The notes beneath the pieces were generated by a model that did not search any database, had not been told where the DNA came from, and saw only the letters and a list, made by a program, of their open reading frames with translations. DNA of 64,000 nucleotides from Myxococcota bacterium (GTDB lineage Bacteria; Myxococcota_A; Polyangia; Nannocystales; Nannocystaceae). The stretch covers positions 160,001 to 224,000 of the forward strand of contig JBCCHT010000008.1 in the NCBI GenBank assembly GCA_039028615.1. Direction: 5' to 3'. Below, one piece after another: positions 61,411-64,000 of this stretch. Position numbers and translations under genes: made by a program. Each line of letters opens with the position of its first letter. Position 1 is the first letter of the stretch.

Positions 61411-62829
61411 TCAGGCCTTGAAGGTCAGCAGCGGTCGCATGCGCGCCACTCGGCTCACGACCCCCGCCTGCACCTGCACATCGACCACCGGGGTGATCGG
61501 TTTGTAGGCCGCGGGGGCCTCCTCGATCATGCGCTCGGCCTTGAGCGTGATGCACTCTACGCCGTCGAGCCCGAGATCTCGGGGGCCCTTGCGGCCGACC
61601 TCGAAGCGGCTCAGGGCACGACCCGCCCCGTGCGAGGCCGAGCTCAGGTAGCGGGCGTTGCCACGGCCCACCGCGAGGTACGACGAGTGACCCATCGACC
61701 CCGGGATCAACACCGGCTGTCCTTCGTGGGCCGGCGTGGCCCCCTTGCGGTGCACGAACCGGTCCCCCTCGCGCAGCACGATGTTGTGGGGCACGTCGAA
61801 GACCAGCGGCGCCTCGAGGTCAGGCCGATAGACCTCGCGCATGCGCAGCCGAACCAGCTCGGCCAGCAGCAGGCGATTGAGGAACGCATAGTTGGCCGCG
61901 CTGTGCACCGCCCCCAAGTACTGCGTCGCATCGTCGCCGTGCAGCGCGAAGATTCCCGCCTCGGGGTGCCGGACCCCGGTCGGCCAGCGCCGCCGTGCGC
62001 GATCGATCCACGTGTTGCCGACGTGGCGGCCGACCCCGCGCGACCCGGTGTGCACCATGAACGCCACCTGCCCCCGCCGCACGCCCCACTCGAAGGCACG
62101 GCGCGGGTCGAGGATCTCGTCGACCACCTGCAGCTCGAGGAAGTGGTTGCCACCGCCCAGCGTGGCCAGGGTCGGGTCGCGCAGCCACGATCGAGAATCG
62201 TCGACCAGCGCCTCGGGAGCATGACGGGCATCCCCGAGGAAGCTGCCGAGCTCGTACACCCGCGACAGGTCATCCCATAGCTGGGTCAGCTCGCTGCGGG
62301 CGAGTGCACCGCCGCGGGCCGTGCCCTGGGATTCCAGCCACCCCACGCAGCCCTCACCAAAGAGCGCGCGCATGGCCGCGGGCGTCATGGGCAGGTCGCG
62401 GGTCCCCAACAACAGGTCGCCGCGCAGGCGCTCGACCAGCGCCTCCTTGTGTGCGGTGAAACCATCGATGTCGAGGTCGGTCACGTGCAGGCGCATGCCG
62501 CAGTTGATGTCGGTACCGATGGCCTGGGGCACGACCAGGTCGGTCGTGGTGGCCACCACCGCCCCCACCGGAACGAGGTGCCCGGCGTGGAAGTCCGGCG
62601 TCGCGCAGACCGAGCACACCTGCCCACCCTGCGGATGCCCCACGCTCGCGAAGGCCATGAGCTGGTGCAGCGCCTTGGACTCCAGCGGGAACCCAGGCGG
62701 CAGCAACAGCTCGGCGGAAGGAATGTCGGCACGGCCGGATCGGCGGATCCGGACGCCATGGGCGGTGGATTGAAGATCGAGGCCTTCGCGGGCCAGGGCC
62801 GCGAAGACGCGAGAGAGTCGCTTGGACAT
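61411..62829 (-). CDS. rtcB: RtcB-family RNA ligase
   Basis: PDFH.G, DINCGM, GGGNHFLE, HTGSRG, HN, HRKGAT, PGSMG, HGAGR and EEAP.AYK motifs. Start MSKRLS with AGGAG RBS. Confidence 0.92.
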   Translation of the reverse strand: MSKRLSRVFAALAREGLDLQSTAHGVRIRRSGRADIPSAELLLPPGFPLESKALHQLMAFASVGHPQGGQVCSVCATPDFHAGHLVPVGAVVATTTDLVVPQAIGTDINCGMRLHVTDLDIDGFTAHKEALVERLRGDLLLGTRDLPMTPAAMRALFGEGCVGWLESQGTARGGALARSELTQLWDDLSRVYELGSFLGDARHAPEALVDDSRSWLRDPTLATLGGGNHFLELQVVDEILDPRRAFEWGVRRGQVAFMVHTGSRGVGRHVGNTWIDRARRRWPTGVRHPEAGIFALHGDDATQYLGAVHSAANYAFLNRLLLAELVRLRMREVYRPDLEAPLVFDVPHNIVLREGDRFVHRKGATPAHEGQPVLIPGSMGHSSYLAVGRGNARYLSSASHGAGRALSRFEVGRKGPRDLGLDGVECITLKAERMIEEAPAAYKPITPVVDVQVQAGVVSRVARMRPLLTFKA

Positions 62830-63035
62830 GATTGGCTGCTCCTGGCGACGCGCCGAGCGAGCCGGAGGCCCGCCCTCGCATCGCCCTGCTCGAGACGAAA
62901 CGAAGTTCGACCCGGGTCCACCCCCGCGAAAACGCGGGAGGACACGGGGTCCACGAGCGAGGTCAGCAGCCAGCATCCCTCGCAGTCGCGCAGTATGACG
63001 CGCTCGCGAGGCGAAGCAATCAAATCTTTGTCGAT

Positions 63036-64000
63036 TTATTTTTGGGCGGTGCGTCGCGGCGGCGTCGGCTTGCTCGAGTCGCCCCCATCGTCGAAGTCGA
63101 GCAAGGTCGACGCCCCCAGGCCCAGCACCACCCCGAAGACGGTGGCCGCCACCAGCGAGATGCGGCGCGTCCCCGGGCGCTGGAGGGCCCGCTCCAGCTC
63201 GACCAGCAGCGGCTGCATCGTGCGGTAGCGATCCTCGGGGCGATAGGCCATGGCCCGCACGATGGCCTTCCGCAGGCGTCGGGGCACCGGGCTCCGCCGC
63301 GGGAAGGGCTGCACGTCGCCGTCGAGCACCGCCTTGGCGTACTTGCCCTTGCTCCGCCCCTTGAACGGCAGCTGGCCCGTCAGCGCTTCGTACAGCGAGA
63401 CCGCGAACGCGAACTGATCCGATCGAGGATCGGAAGGCATCGAGCGGATCTGTTCGGCCGGCATGTAGGCGGGAGTGCCCAGGCGGGCGCCCGCTGGGGT
63501 GAGCGTGTTGCCGCCTTCGCTCACCGGCAGGTCGTCGTTCGTGGCGCGCCGCGAGTCGTCTTCCTCGGCGCTGCGGTTGGGCTTGGTGATGGCCTTGCTC
63601 CGCGCCACCACCGGCTCCCCCGAAGGGCGAGAGCTCCGACGATCGAGGGCCGGCTTGGCCAGGCCGAAGTCGACGACCTTGGGCACGCCCTCTTCTCCGA
63701 GCAGCACGTTCTCCGGCTTGAAGTCGCGATGCACCACCCCGCGAGAGTGCGCTGCCATCAGACCGCGACCCGCGTGGAGGAAGACCTCGACGATCTCCTG
63801 CCAGGTCCGGCGCTGGCGTAGCCACTCGCGAAGCGTCTGACCATCCACCAGCTCCATGCCGATGAACGCGTCCTCGCTCACATCGTCCACGCCGACGTCG
63901 AAGACCTGCACCACATTGGAGTGACACAGGCGCGCGACCACCTGGGCTTCACGCAGCAATCGCTGCCGAGCGCGTGCACCCATGTTGTCGCTGCCTCGTA
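63036..64000 (-). CDS. Ser/Thr protein kinase (5' end outside window)
   Basis: REAQ..A.L.H.NVV, HRDFKPENV, DFGLA, GTPAYM.AEQ and SDQF motifs; C-terminal TM helix. Confidence 0.9.
   Translation of the reverse strand, partial: RGSDNMGARARQRLLREAQVVARLCHSNVVQVFDVGVDDVSEDAFIGMELVDGQTLREWLRQRRTWQEIVEVFLHAGRGLMAAHSRGVVHRDFKPENVLLGEEGVPKVVDFGLAKPALDRRSSRPSGEPVVARSKAITKPNRSAEEDDSRRATNDDLPVSEGGNTLTPAGARLGTPAYMPAEQIRSMPSDPRSDQFAFAVSLYEALTGQLPFKGRSKGKYAKAVLDGDVQPFPRRSPVPRRLRKAIVRAMAYRPEDRYRTMQPLLVELERALQRPGTRRISLVAATVFGVVLGLGASTLLDFDDGGDSSKPTPPRRTAQK

Noticed and set aside
61411..63927. 838-aa ORF suggesting a long N-terminal extension or kinase-RtcB fusion
   Set aside because: The upstream part is an off-frame Arg/Gly-rich reading of the kinase gene. 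RtcB has its own RBS and ATG at 62829.

Overview
This is high-GC bacterial DNA whose gene content suggests a myxobacterium, probably Nannocystaceae-like (inference): many Cys-rich lipoproteins with S/T/D/G linkers, a Ser/Thr kinase, an ECF sigma and an LRR protein. The standout is an apparent RiPP cluster at about 35.0-48.5 kb. It centres on a 56-aa precursor gene missing from the ORF track (39287-39457, minus strand; MEKKNKQKKLVVKKKVVTQQTEELDEDQLLEVTGG|YYRCSFELTLIGGFTTRFTNA). Around it lie a full-length LanB dehydratase, a B12-dependent radical SAM enzyme, four JmjC/cupin oxygenases, an SdpA/SdpB-like (HTTM) membrane pair and a carbamoyltransferase. I found no LanC, YcaO or C39 peptidase-transporter in the window. 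A possible satellite (JmjC, sulfotransferase, paralogous JmjC) lies at 24.7-27.5 kb, across a MoxR operon. Other content includes an APH(3')-like kinase, a sirtuin, a TonB receptor, a phosphatase-Vps62 fusion and a lower-GC islet with a nitrilase-fold protein. There is also a Fur-boxed flavodoxin/SIP pair splitting a two-component system, an ECF sigma fused to an anti-sigma-like region, a desaturase-prenyltransferase-terpene-synthase-like fusion, and rtcB with a structured leader. All calls come from reading motifs by eye; no searches were run.
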